A stretch of 64,000 nt of DNA from Takakia lepidozioides (lineage: Eukaryota > Plantae > Bryophyta), in NCBI GenBank assembly GCA_030704615.1, contig CM060734.1, positions 31,434,001 through 31,498,000 of the forward strand, read 5' to 3'. Every line of letters begins with the position of its first letter. The first letter of the stretch is position 1. Both the position numbers and the translations under genes were made by a program. Shown here in pieces: positions 47,104-59,100 of this stretch. The notes beneath the pieces are model-generated. The model was not told the DNA's origin, did not search any database, and worked only from the letters and a program-made list of their open reading frames with translations.

Positions 47104-50100
47104 ATGGACAAAGGGAAAGGACCCGCTGGTTCCTCTTGCGGGGAGTTAGGCTGTTGCCGCAAAGCTGCTGATCACTATTCATCCGGGTCGAAGCGGGCAG
47201 AACCTTCCATGACAACCTTAGACCGCAGCTCCCCCAGCAACGGATCAGCGGCTACAGGTTTCATGAACCCGACCCCGCTAGCGACTCGGTGTGTAAAACC
47301 AAGCTCCCATTTTGAGGGTGGGCCCAGTGCGGCGCTCAAGTCGTCATGGATACAGAGGCTCATTCCCGGGGTGGTTGGTGATGATGAGCCTTCAGAGTGG
47401 AAAGAAAGAGATGCGGTGGATACCCCGCCCCTTCTTCTTGAAGGTGCTAGAAAACAGATTGAGGAAGTGGGTAGATGGACGCAGGTGCAGGAAAGTTGTA
47501 GCAGTGATCGGAGGGTAACGGCTCTGGGGGAAGGCTATTTTAGAGAGCCATCGTCTTCCAAGAGCTGCGGCTCGCGACACCCAGGTGGCCAGCGTCCTGT
47601 GTTCTCACAAACGCCGGAAAAAACTGCTCCATCTGAAGCTCCAAGAGTAGGAATTGCGCAGGATTTGGAGAGTGCGACATCTTGTAAGAATGGGGTCAAG
47701 CAGGTGAACGCTGGGTCTAGGCTGACTGCCAAAGAGTCTGTATCAACACTTGCGGTTAGAGTCAAGAGAGAAGATGAGGTTGAGCAAGTGCGTCCAGTCG
47801 AAGGGCTTTGGAAGCACCCCTCTGGTGCTAGTAATTCGCAAGCGCAGGCAGGGTTTGGCTCGCTTCGCGTATCAAAACATTTGGTTAGAGTCAAGAGAGA
47901 AAATGAGGGCGAGCAAGTTCCTCCAGTCGGAGGGCTTGCGAACCACCCTTATGATGCTGGTATTCCACAATCACAGGCAGGGTTTGGCCGCCTTCGTGCG
48001 CAACAGAAGCCTCCATTGCCACCGGTGAAGCTAGATAAGCCGTCGACTTCAAAAGCGGCATTGCAGGGAGTGCCGAATAGCTGCAGTCCAGAGGTTAGGG
48101 GCGCATTTGTGCCTTGGGCAGGGATTGGGGAAGAAGGAACAGGCCATGATTCAGGAGGCCAGGGGATGCCTTGTGTGCAGGCGAGGCTCAATGATGTTGA
48201 GGGCAGGCCTGTAATGCTGGCAACTTCATTGGGTTCAGATGTGAAGGTTGGGGAACCCGGTGACTCCACCATTTCAGGAAGGCCAACGCTGCATTCAGCC
48301 CACGAGACCCAACAAACTTGGGAAAGTAGGGAAGGGCCGCAGGATTGTAGATCTTTAGGGCTTAGCAACAGTGCCACGCATGGCATTGTGAGGGAGGTCA
48401 GCCCAGCCAGTGCGCTGTATTCTGTGGCGGGCTTGCCTGCTGCCAGGAACACGTACATGCAAGGGATGCAAACTGATGGTCATCTAGTAGGATTCCAACC
48501 GTTCGTGGGTAGTCATTATGCTGCTGCTCAGCAGCAGGGCCGGCACCCATCCCTCTCAGTGGCACGGGCCAGGGTGGGAACAGCTACAATGGGACCTACC
48601 ATTGGTTCTGCCCAATTGGGACAGGCTATGGAATCCAGGCATGGGGTTGAAAGAAGAGGAGATGGTCTGTTGGAGGGAAGGGAGGTTTTTGCAAGCGGGA
48701 TAGCAGCTAAGAGCAGCAAAAGTAAAGATGCAGAACTGCCAGGGCCTTCCCTTCCACCTTTATCTCTTTTTGCACCATTTAAGCATACCAAAGAAAGACA
48801 CCAAAACTTGAAAAGGCTGGGGAGCAGTGGAAAAGCCAAGGTAGACCCTGGGGTGTCTCCCTTGAAGCCTTTGTTTCCACCATTTCGATACAGTGGGGGA
48901 GGGTTGTTGGGATATGAGGAGGATAATCCCACTCTGCTTACCCCTGTGTTTGCCCCCTTTGAACCATCGGCTGATCATAACAGTGCTTCCAGGGGAGAAA
49001 GGTCTGGTAAAATGGGATCATTGAGAGAGAGACCCTCGGTTTTGATGCCTATCTTTGCTCCTTACAAAACAGGGGAAGAGCGCAACCAAGCGAGTCCCTG
49101 CTCATCCAACACAGCAAGCCTGCCATGGGAGATTGTTGCCCCGATCTACCTGGCTGAGCAGGATTGTGCACACCAAAGCAGTGATGAGGGGGGCAAGGTT
49201 GATATGAAGGTAGCAGAGAAGGGTGCTGCAGGATCAGGGGCAAGAGGTGTTCCACAGCAGGGGGCCAGAAGCCATAATGTATGTGAGATGCATTCTAAGA
49301 TGTATGCAAGCTCTTCATGGCATGAAAAGGAAAACCCAATGGCTGACCTAAAACGGCATTGCCACATCCACGAGGCCTCAGGGTTTTTCACTGCAGAAGG
49401 AAGTCAACAGGTGGCCACGAAATCTGTGAGGCCACCATCAAGGGAGGGGTGTTGTGGTGTGGGGGCAGGCTCCCATGAGCTTAGGATCGGCAGACCTAGC
49501 CCTACTCTTGGAGCAACTCATGAAAAGGCATCAGATGGGCACCCGGGCACCAAGGACTTATCTAGCACACTGTCACTTGGCCAGCACAAGAGTGCCTCCC
49601 AGGGCACTGGGACGCATGGGCAAGGTTTGTCTAAATGGTCAATGGATATAACTTTGAACAGCTCCAATAGGTCCATTGTCTGAATGTGCATTGTTTGGTT
49701 GTTTCAGTGGACTTTTTCCACTAGCCTTGGATCTGTCTGTTCATCCTGCGGTTTTGTGCAGTGTTTAGTAATCTTTAAATGGGAGTGTTGGGATATGGGG
49801 CTTGAAATGGCAGGATCAGTAGGTATACGTGACCTCAAGCATGAAGCACAGGTATCCATCATTGTTTCATCAACGTTTGTATCTTGTAGTTAATGATGAC
49901 CATAGCTGTTCCATTTACTGTGCTTTTGAACCCATTTACTTTCACAATGAGGTGAGGGGACTCCCTTTCTTTTGTCTCAACCTCCTAGAACCTTCCAGTG
50001 CTTTTGTTCTTAGCTTTTGATTTAGACAGTGAAACTGTAGGGGTTGCCACTTCCATGTGTTCATCTTGGCAGTGCCCCTGCTGGAATTATCCATTGGCCA

Positions 50101-51974
50101 TTGTGAAATGCACATTGCCCACAGCTTGGGCAGTTCTTGTGAGTTATTCTCTGAATCCTGGGCCAACAACAGGCTCCAGTCCGTGAGAGATAAATTGAGG
50201 TCTGTTGTTATGCGTACTGAGATTATTAATGCCTGCTACAGGTGGGAGGGCTGCTCATGGGGGCCTTGTATTAAATCTTAGGGTTACTTGGACTCACAGA
50301 CTCATGTGACTCTAAAGTGAAATCTTGACTGAAATCCCACCAAACACAGGCGCTACTCTCTCATGCCATGGTAGATATGGGCTTCATTGTAGCAGCTGTT
50401 GGTGTAGTGCCATCCCTAGTTTTGAGAACTGGCCTCATGCGCCTCTCTGGACTTCATAAAGTTTCTTCATTTCTTGCGTGTGGTCTGCATCTTACGTCAA
50501 ATGGATGCCATGCTTGTGGGTACAGGCAGCAGTGAGGGAAGCAGATTTCTTACGTGCCTCTGGGGGTGAGGATAGCAGCGGCTCCAGCACACGACATGTA
50601 CCCTCTGGTTACCATAGCTCAGGCTTCCAATCACCCCTCTTTGAGTCAGCGTCATCGGATGATCATTTCAAGTCTGTGGGGGGCAAAAACATTCTATTCG
50701 GGGAAAGACATCGAAGCCCAGCCTTCGAGACTCGTCAACACAGTTTAGGCCGAGAAACATGCCCAGGCGCCGGGGCTTTAGATGGGGGAGAGTTGCAAAG
50801 GAGAGAAACAGGACCCAACGATAGAGGACAAGATGGAGAAGGAGAGAGAGGCAGAGAGGAGAGAGACAGAGGAAGTGCAGGACTAGCACAAGCTGAAGGG
50901 GGAGCGAGGATTTGTAGGGAGCCGCAGCAACCTAAGCCGCAGCAACTCAAGTTAGGTGAGCAAGGCTCTCATGGTGGGGCCAGTGTGGGGAGGGAAGTTC
51001 AATTGTCAAACCCTAAGTCGAGCCAGGGAGGTGAGTTGGGGCAAAGATATGGAAGTAGTAACCTTCGGGCAGATGCATCAGGAGAAAGAGCTGCTGAGGC
51101 TCTCTCGAAGAAGCGGAGCCGTGTTGATTCCATGTTCTCAGCTAATCCATTGCAGGCCACAGATGGAATCAGTAGCCCCAATGATAGAGGGAGAGATGGA
51201 GATGGAGAAAGAGGCAGAGATGAGAGAGATAGAGGAAATGCAAGAGCTCAAGCCGAAGAGGTAGCCAGGGCAGATGCATTTGGAGATAGAGCAATTGGGG
51301 CTCCCTCAAAGAAGCGGAGCCGTGTTGATCCCATTAGCTCATCTACTCCATTTCGGGCCACAGATGGAAGCACGGTCCGTCTCCCAACACAAGGGAGCGG
51401 GAGTCCAACTGGGGAGAAGTCTATGAAACCCGCAGTGGCTCAGGCATGGCTTCAACGGTGGATGCCTCCCTCCAACCCCATTCACCCCTTGAAGCCCCTC
51501 AATTTAAGAGAAGTGCCCCCTGGAACTTCCCCCCTAGCCAGTGCTGGTAGCTGTGTCAATAGGTGGGTGGCAAGTAGTGGGCGGACTTCACACACCATCA
51601 GGGTAGAGGGTGATGGGGTCGTCAATTCAGGGCAGGGTGTGGGGGCAAGGACAGAAAGTCTTGGTACCCAGGTAAATAGGACTACAGAAGCGGAGAGAGG
51701 AAATTCTACTTCAAGTAGTGTAGGTGGAAGCTTTGCTTCAATCTTTAGAACACCAAACTCATTCCGATCTTATGACAACCTTCCGAGTGCAGCAGCACTG
51801 GCACTGGTTGGTGCAGCAAGTAGGCAGTCGGTTCCTGTGCCTCCTCACAGATCTGGATGGAGGGTGGCTGCATGGCCGCCAATTACACGGGTCCCGACCC
51901 CGAGTGTCCCATCCCAGCCCCCAGGGACTTTGCAGCAGCCAGCAGAGGTTCAAGTTGTTGTAGAGAAAGGTTGA
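47104..51974 (+). CDS. Large low-complexity protein, about 1,335 aa, with a C-terminal motif resembling the PCH1/At2g16365 family
   Basis: In-frame model: exon 47104-49624 (CAAG|GTTTGT), micro-exon 49814-49851 (GSVGIRDLKHEAQ), exon 50526-51974. Conserved-looking islands SSWIQRL, AQAWLQRW and LPSAAALALVGAASRQ..RSGWRVAAW resemble the recalled WIQRW and PSIAAMALMGKA..RGSFVVW motifs of At2g16365-like proteins. Coding status is well supported; the family call is tentative. Confidence 0.7.
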
Positions 51975-53705
51975 GCGGAGATCCTTTCTGGCCATAGCTG
52001 ATAGTTTGGAGCCTGGGAGGTGGTTTTACTCCTGGGCTAATTGGCTATGGTTGCTTGGTACCAGGCACTTCCTGTCACCGAGCTGTAAATGTAAGATACA
52101 CCACATTCCTCTATGCTCTTTCTCACTCTCTCACACATTTGGATTCTCGGGTGCTAAATTTTGGAATGGAGTTGCTGGGGTGAGAAATAGGGAAGGGCAA
52201 TGTCAATTCAAGGATGGAAGTCCAACAAGCCTTACAGGATAGTAATAGCCTCCATTTTGCTCCTCCCCGAGTCGTTTTCCTTTTCTCCTCTGGGTTTTCT
52301 GCTGTCCAAATTCCAGCGGATATGATGACCACTGGCTTCAACCCGCATATTTTCTATGCTGTGCCCAACTGGGTTCATATCCCCTATTTTTCGCAGGCAG
52401 TGCCTTACCAGTGAATATTTGTCCCTTCCTCATTTGTCTCTGAAGGATTTGGGCAGGTTGTACTTTGGTGTTACACCAGTTTGAGTGTCATTTTCGGTGC
52501 ATTGCTCTCTGATGCATGAAAATTTCATGGTTTGTGAGGGGTTTGTGATTCATTCTTGGTGGTAGGTTTGGGGTGAGAAGTTGGTCTATGAAGGATATGG
52601 TGGCTTCCCTAGCAGCAGATGCTGAAGTCTCCAAGAGGCTGATGTTTGCGAAAGATGTACAGAGGTGTTAGGGTGGTTCTGTTTTGGCCACAGAAAAATT
52701 GAGAAGAAAAGATATTCATTCATTCATTTTCAGAAGCTTTGCCTTCCCCTGCATCCGACACCAGGTGGGTTAGTTGGGTTCAGAGCTAACCCAGATGCTG
52801 ATGTAAAAGTTTAATGCTCTGGGCACTGAGCTCTGTGCAGCTCAAGCTGTTTCCATATGAAAACATGCAATTGACTGTCTTGTAATTGGTCGCAAATTGC
52901 GAAGCTTACATTTTGCATCAGTACTCTGATACTCGTCCTTTTGGTAGTATCTTTTGCTGGCTAGATGTGAGCTGATCATCGAACACAGGTGCAGCTGCAA
53001 TTTTCCACATATGGGCCTTAGATGAACTGTAATTGCTCTTGTATGAACAAAGTAGCAACACAGTTGCACGTTGAATCTCCTTACATTTGCACCTTATTTG
53101 TAGCCATTCTGTCTGAACATGGTTAAGAAGACAGTCCAGACCTTACATAACATGCCCCATATGGGTAACTAAGCTTTCCTAGCTTCGGTGGTCTCCTTTT
53201 GAGCTTTAGAGTAAACCTTTCCCAGATGTGTTTCCCACCGGTTTCCTGAGCCTGTGTGTCATGTGTCCCTGTCCCTGCTGTCAAAATACTAATGCAGTGT
53301 TTTATGTGACCAATATTCACATACACCAGCTCATTGTTTTGCATTATTTGGAGATCCAAGATTTTCAGCCAGTCACTAGGAATTTGAGTCTTTTACTGAT
53401 GATGGGCGTCACTGTCACTGCAAATTGTACTTCACCATCGCTTTTGCTCTAGAAAGAAAAAATAAAAATTGACATATGGGTAATGTTCCGCTCGATGCTC
53501 CCTTTTATTGTATAAATGATGCCTGCAGATTGATGCATTTGAGCACTATATACAACAGTTTTTCCTACTCGGTCATGGAAGAACACTTCCGCATATTAAG
53601 ACGCATCTTTACCCCAGTACTTATATCTATTTTTCAAGCTTGTTCAACCGACAGGTTGAAGGAACCTTATAGACGGCATGGTGCCTGTGGAGGGTACAAA
53701 CATAC

Positions 53706-54373
53706 CAGTATTGGGCGGATATAGAGTCATCAGGATATCGACCAGGATATCAATGTATCCGGACCCGAACCGGCATTATTTTAGTATCCGGGTTAGATGC
53801 ATAACCGGCGGATATGAGAATACAAAAATAATAATTCTATACCCGGTGTAATACCCGGCAGATATCCGGCCCATACCCCTCAATACCTGGTGGATCTCAG
53901 CCCTAAACTTAATAACCGGATGCATACCCCCATCCGGAACCCCCATCTGGAACTGGTGGATATCTAAAACCAAAAGTTTTGTTTGTTTTTTAATTTTAAT
54001 TTTAATTTTAATTTTAAGAACAGGGCAGAGTTTTTTCTTTTAAATTCAGCGAGTGGCTACAGAGTTTTGAAAAAATTAGGCATATATTCTGTTCATCCAT
54101 TCAAATTAGGACAGAATCATCCACATCCGTACTTTCATCCATTCATATCATCCATATTTGGCAAATTCATCCTTTTTTTTTTTTTTTGGGAGAAATTTGG
54201 CTATTTTATCCATGAAAAAACATGGAATTTGCTACGGAATATTATTTTTTATTTTTTGAGGTCGCGTGAAAATTCGCCAAAAAAAAACGCTGGAACAGGG
54301 GGATTGTAAAGTTTTTGATACCCGGGACCCGCGGATATTAAGAAATGGTTTAGATCCGCCGCCCCAATCACTG
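53706..54373. mobile_element. Non-autonomous TIR element (hAT-like), copy 2, carrying a nested MITE
   Basis: Starts CAGTATTGGGCGG and ends CCCCAATCACTG. Homologous to 4947-6134. Flanked by GTACAAACATAC (53694-53705) and GAACAAACATAC (54374-54385). Confidence 0.8.
54026..54292. mobile_element. hAT-type MITE nested in 53706-54373
   Basis: Termini CAGAGTTTTTT ... AAAAAAACGCTG with a perfect 8-bp TSD GAACAGGG (54018-54025, 54293-54300). Inverted homolog of 43850-44121. Confidence 0.88.
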
Positions 54374-54387
54374 GAACAAACATACCA

Positions 54388-54415
54388 GGTAGGTAGGTAG
54401 GTAGGTAGGTAGGTA
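54388..54415 (+). repeat. (GGTA)n microsatellite
   Basis: GGTAGGTAGGTAGGTAGGTAGGTAGGTA immediately after the TIR element. Confidence 0.9.
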
Positions 54416-56188
54416 TGAGAACATCCTGAATACGGCCCGGCAACGGTGGTAATACGGTGTCAATACAAGTTTCGGGAAACGCGGGTGCTTGTCCCGTAAA
54501 GACGGCGCCGAGACGCGGAGGAGCGATGTGGACTCCTGCGAGCCAAGTTTCTTTGTTCGCTGCTTCATCGGCATCCTGCACACTTGGCTTCCTGTGAGTT
54601 TCCAAGATATTTCCATCCAGTTCATATCGGAAAGGAAACATGGCACTGAGTGGGCCCTCGATGCGTGGAATCCTGTGCTCCCAGTCGCATGTAAACATAG
54701 TCAGGCACAGAATGTCCTGCTATATCGGACAGGGACTTGCCGCAAGCTTGTAAAGGCTATGTCTGTGCCTCAGTCTGAATTCTAGACATTCACACGATGC
54801 GATGATTTTCTGTGTCAGATTGTGCTAAACTTAGGCGGATTTTAGACCGAGGTTGAAAGGCCGGGCTAAATGTGCTCACCTAATAACGTCAGCCTGCACT
54901 TGGGACTTGGGAAGGAGAATGTTTTGTGGCTAGTGACTCATGGGGACAGACATCAATCATAACTCTTAACGATCAAGACATCGAAATTTGGAGATCGTGT
55001 AAAGTGTGTGGGGTGGGATTGCCTCTGAATTTTGTGTGACCTCGTCTGCTTGGGTGGTGGTGCCGCTGTCAAGTCCATGTCGCCTGTGGGGCCTCATTAG
55101 GACGAGGCCACACAAAATTGCGTGGCGGTGGAATGCTGCTTTGCGCTCGTTGTAGCTTGCCGAAGGTCCGCTGTGTGGCATTTCCCATGTCTGATGCATA
55201 CTTTCCCAGCTTGTTCAAACACCTGAAGAGGTTGGACACAACTTCCTTGATGCACAATTCAAAGGCCCCAAGTGTGGCGGGGCTTATGCTCTCCATTCTG
55301 CGGGGACACTCCATTTCAGTTGGAGTGCCCTCCGATGGTGGCCAGAACCTCAACAATGAGATCAAAAGCAGATTGATCCAAAGCATTGATTGCTCTGTTT
55401 GAGGAATTCTCCTGTTATCATGAAGGCTTTCGTGTGAAATTTAGCCAAGACAGATTCCATCATTTGACATTGAACAATCTGTTGAAAGGGGACCATAATT
55501 GCTCTCTGTAGAGAAACAGGGAAGAGTTTCCATGAGACAAACTAATTAAGATATCGATCTATCTCTAGAGCATATTGTGGCAGAAGTGGGGCCAGATTAT
55601 GGGAAGGCTGTGGAAGTTGTAGTCAAGCACGGTTTAGAACCCTGACCTGCTTCCAATAAACAATCGTGACCCATTTTGTCATCACAGAATTTTACTTGCC
55701 CCAGTCTATAACAGGGACTAACTTCCAACATCAACTGGAAGATATCAGAACCTCAGTCACCTGAATCGAAGTGCGGATAAAAACCAAGTGGAATGTTATC
55801 ACTTATATCCAAAGCTTTGGCGGAAATGGTCCTCAACAGGAGGTAAATATGTAAATACTTGTAAGACTGGTGTGTCACCGAGCCAAATGTACACAAATTG
55901 TTGCATCTAGAAGCACAAAAGCATGCTCTTCCACGATTTCTCAGAATCCCACAATGACAATTCCAGCTTGTGCATGGTGCTCACAGGTTCAAGGATACAC
56001 TTAAGGAAAAACAAACTATCTGAGCACGGGGAAAGGGGGAAAGAAGGGAACACAGTGGACAACCTTGGCTGTCCTGCAAAGCTCGAACCAAGAATGTTTT
56101 ATTGTGAATTGGAGTAAGAATGACAGCCCCACAGTTATTCAACAGCAGAACAAATAAGAAGTGAGAAGAGACAGATTGTCATCCCAAA

Positions 56189-59100
56189 TCAGCTCAAAAG
56201 AGAGCTTCTCAAGGCTTCTGTCGCAGCTGCTGCCTCTGCTACCAATGCTACTGGGAGCCTGCCTTGCAAGCAGGGCCCAATCTGTAGAGGCTCTAGATAC
56301 ACTCCATCAAACAGCAGATTCACACCAGGAAGAGGCACTAGACTGACATCATCGTCCTCCCCAAAGTCGAGCTTGGATCCGACAGGGTTATTGGAAGTGG
56401 GCAGAGCTTCTGCGTTCCTTGAAGGTGCTTCATACACTGGAACAAATACCCTGCAGTATGCAGGTCCAGTTCAGTTGTGGGTCAACACAAAGTACATGAG
56501 AAGTCTTGTAATGGGTCACCTTGTAGTTTCAATGCAGAATCAGAGGCACTTGGCTATTGTCTAGAAAAGCTACTGACTGAGGCATTGCAAACGAGTTCAT
56601 ACATTTGACCTGTGCATTCGAGGACAACCCTGGTTGGATTGGCATCCCCATGACAACTTTCCAATTAACAGTGTAAAGCATGAAATCAATAACAGCAGTC
56701 AGACTGACAATATTGATAAAAACTTACTTTGGCAACTCCCCAGCAAAGCTGCCAACCTCTGATCGCCGTTGTGGAAGAGAAGTTGTGAGCCCATCAACAC
56801 TGCTCTCATCACTAAGGCTCCACCTGCTGCTATTCAGACTCACTGTTCGCGGACGGCCTCCAGAGCCTCCAGAATATGCTAATCTTGACTCCCGGCCGTT
56901 TGCCTGATAATCACTGATCAAATCCAGTAATCTCCTGCGAAGTTTTTGCATATCCTCACGGTGTTTCAGGAGGGAAGCTGCCTGGAATAGCTCTGATTGG
57001 ACCACTCCTTTGCACACATGTTTGCAGAGCTCTGTGTCAAAGAGAGGAACACCAAACTCAACACTCTGGGGGACCCACTCACATTCATTGTCCGTGGACA
57101 GAGGAGGCTGGTTCTCAATTTTATCTTCCAATCTGGGAACTTGGACAAGCCGAATATATCCCATGGTTCGCAGGTTCAGCTCATTGGCAGCCTGGACCAA
57201 AGATGGGTGTGGCTGCCAGCTGTCCCCCTCCAAGGGCTCACACAAAGGCAAAGGAATGTCCTTCGTCACAGGCTTCCCCTTCCCACCATCATCCAGACAT
57301 CCTCTTGGAAAAGGTTGGACCAATACTGCAGAATGCTTGAGGAGAGAGTTCACACAATGCAACAGAATGCCACCTTCTACTAGTGTGCCTTCAAACTTAC
57401 CCCCAACACCACTGACACCCATACCATCCCAGGCCCACACTAAGGCCTTGGCACACCTGGCCAGTGGAGGAGGAAGAAGCCTCAAGCATTGGCCTTTCAT
57501 CAAAGCAACAGAAATCGGTCCTGCCCTCGCTGTCTCGTACAGCAGAAGCTTCATCCATGGTGAGATGGAAGCACGTGATGGAGGACCAAAATGGACGGGA
57601 CCGGCACCGTCAGGTGAGACAATAGATGGAGGAGAGGGCAGGGGAACCATGGAGACAACAATATCATAGTCTCTTCGTACTACTCGTTGGACGGTAGCCG
57701 GAGCCAGGCCTGCCAGACTCTCCATCCGGATCACATCCACACGGAACTTTCGACCGACAGTCTTCTTTACACGGGATTTCCCTTTGACAGTCAATCCATC
57801 ACCAACATTGGAGGAGCTAGTGAGGTGAGTCATTTCCAGAGTGTCTAGATCTAACAGACTAGTCATACTGAAGTCAGCTGAAGCTGCCGTCACTTCCCCA
57901 CTCTCTTTTGTTTTTCTATTCCCAAAAAAGTCCTCTTCAGGAGTGCTCTCCGACAAGCTGGAAGGCTCCAATAGAAACTGACCAAAGTCCAAATCTGCAT
58001 CATTGCTCACCCCTAGTTTCTCATTCTTATCAGTGTCCCCTCCCTCTCCATCCCCTGACGCCTCCATCCCAGCAGCAGCATCAGTCCCTCCTGACCGGAG
58101 GCATTCTAGGGCATGGCGAAGGCTAAAGGCATGGTCAGCAAACTCTTGCAACTCCCCCTCCAGTTTTGTGCCTTCTACTTTCTGAAGGTCCTCACACATG
58201 TCTGCAACACTGGAGTCCCCCAACTTTCCAGCCTCGTAGAGTGTCACGGCATGCCCTTTCAGACCTGCAGACACTCGAGTGTTTAAGGAAGAGAGTGACA
58301 CACACACGGAGCATGACTTGGAACTGAAGAATTTGAAATTTCCCCAGATCAACGTCTTGAAAATCAAACCTCAAAGATCTCATCAAGTTGAAAAAACTGA
58401 GAAAAAAAACTTTCAGATACAATGAATCTTGCAGGACCTGGGGAGAGAGAGCCCATCATGAGATACGATGTGAGATTGGCATCCACCAGGAAAGCAAAAC
58501 GCGTTGAGGTAGACGGCCCTCTGAAGGATTCAACATCAGTCAGCTCTGAAGCACCCTCCTGGAATGGGCTGGCAAATGGGCTGAAGACACCATCATCCCA
58601 ACCACTGCCTTCACTACTTGGAGATACAGGCATGCCTGAGTAGCGCAGCAAAGCAGCTGGGTCAAGAACTTTCTTTGCCCACCCAAGGCGGCTGGCCAGT
58701 GCCACTGCCGACTGAAGTTGCTCCAAATCTGCCTGAAGCGTTTGGGCAAGCTCAGCAATCGTTGCTTGCTCACTTGATGCCACGAACACCGCATATAAAA
58801 GCCTGGCAATCCGATACACTCAGTCTCAGTCAGCTTGTCTCAGCATCATTGTGAAGAGGTTGATTTGGTGATCCCTGGCGTGACTGAGACAAACTGTACA
58901 ATCAATGACAAATTGATTCCCACAATCACTATCTATGCACAGGGTGTACAAAGAACTCAACTTGCAAATTAAGAAGGTACTTCCATTTTGTCCAGAAACG
59001 TATGGTTTTGCCATTACAGCCAACACTCCAGATTTCTTATATGGCCAGGCTCAGACTAGCTGCGTACCCAATACTTACAACAAACATTTTATCATGTACC

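Noticed and set aside
49625-49683. Treating ORFs 47104-49683 and 50478-51974 as two separate genes
   Set aside because: A phase-compatible donor at 49625, a 38-nt micro-exon and an acceptor at 50525 join them in frame.
56966-58185. Plus-strand ORFs overlapping FAM91A1
   Set aside because: Antisense shadows of the long FAM91A1 exon with no independent motifs.
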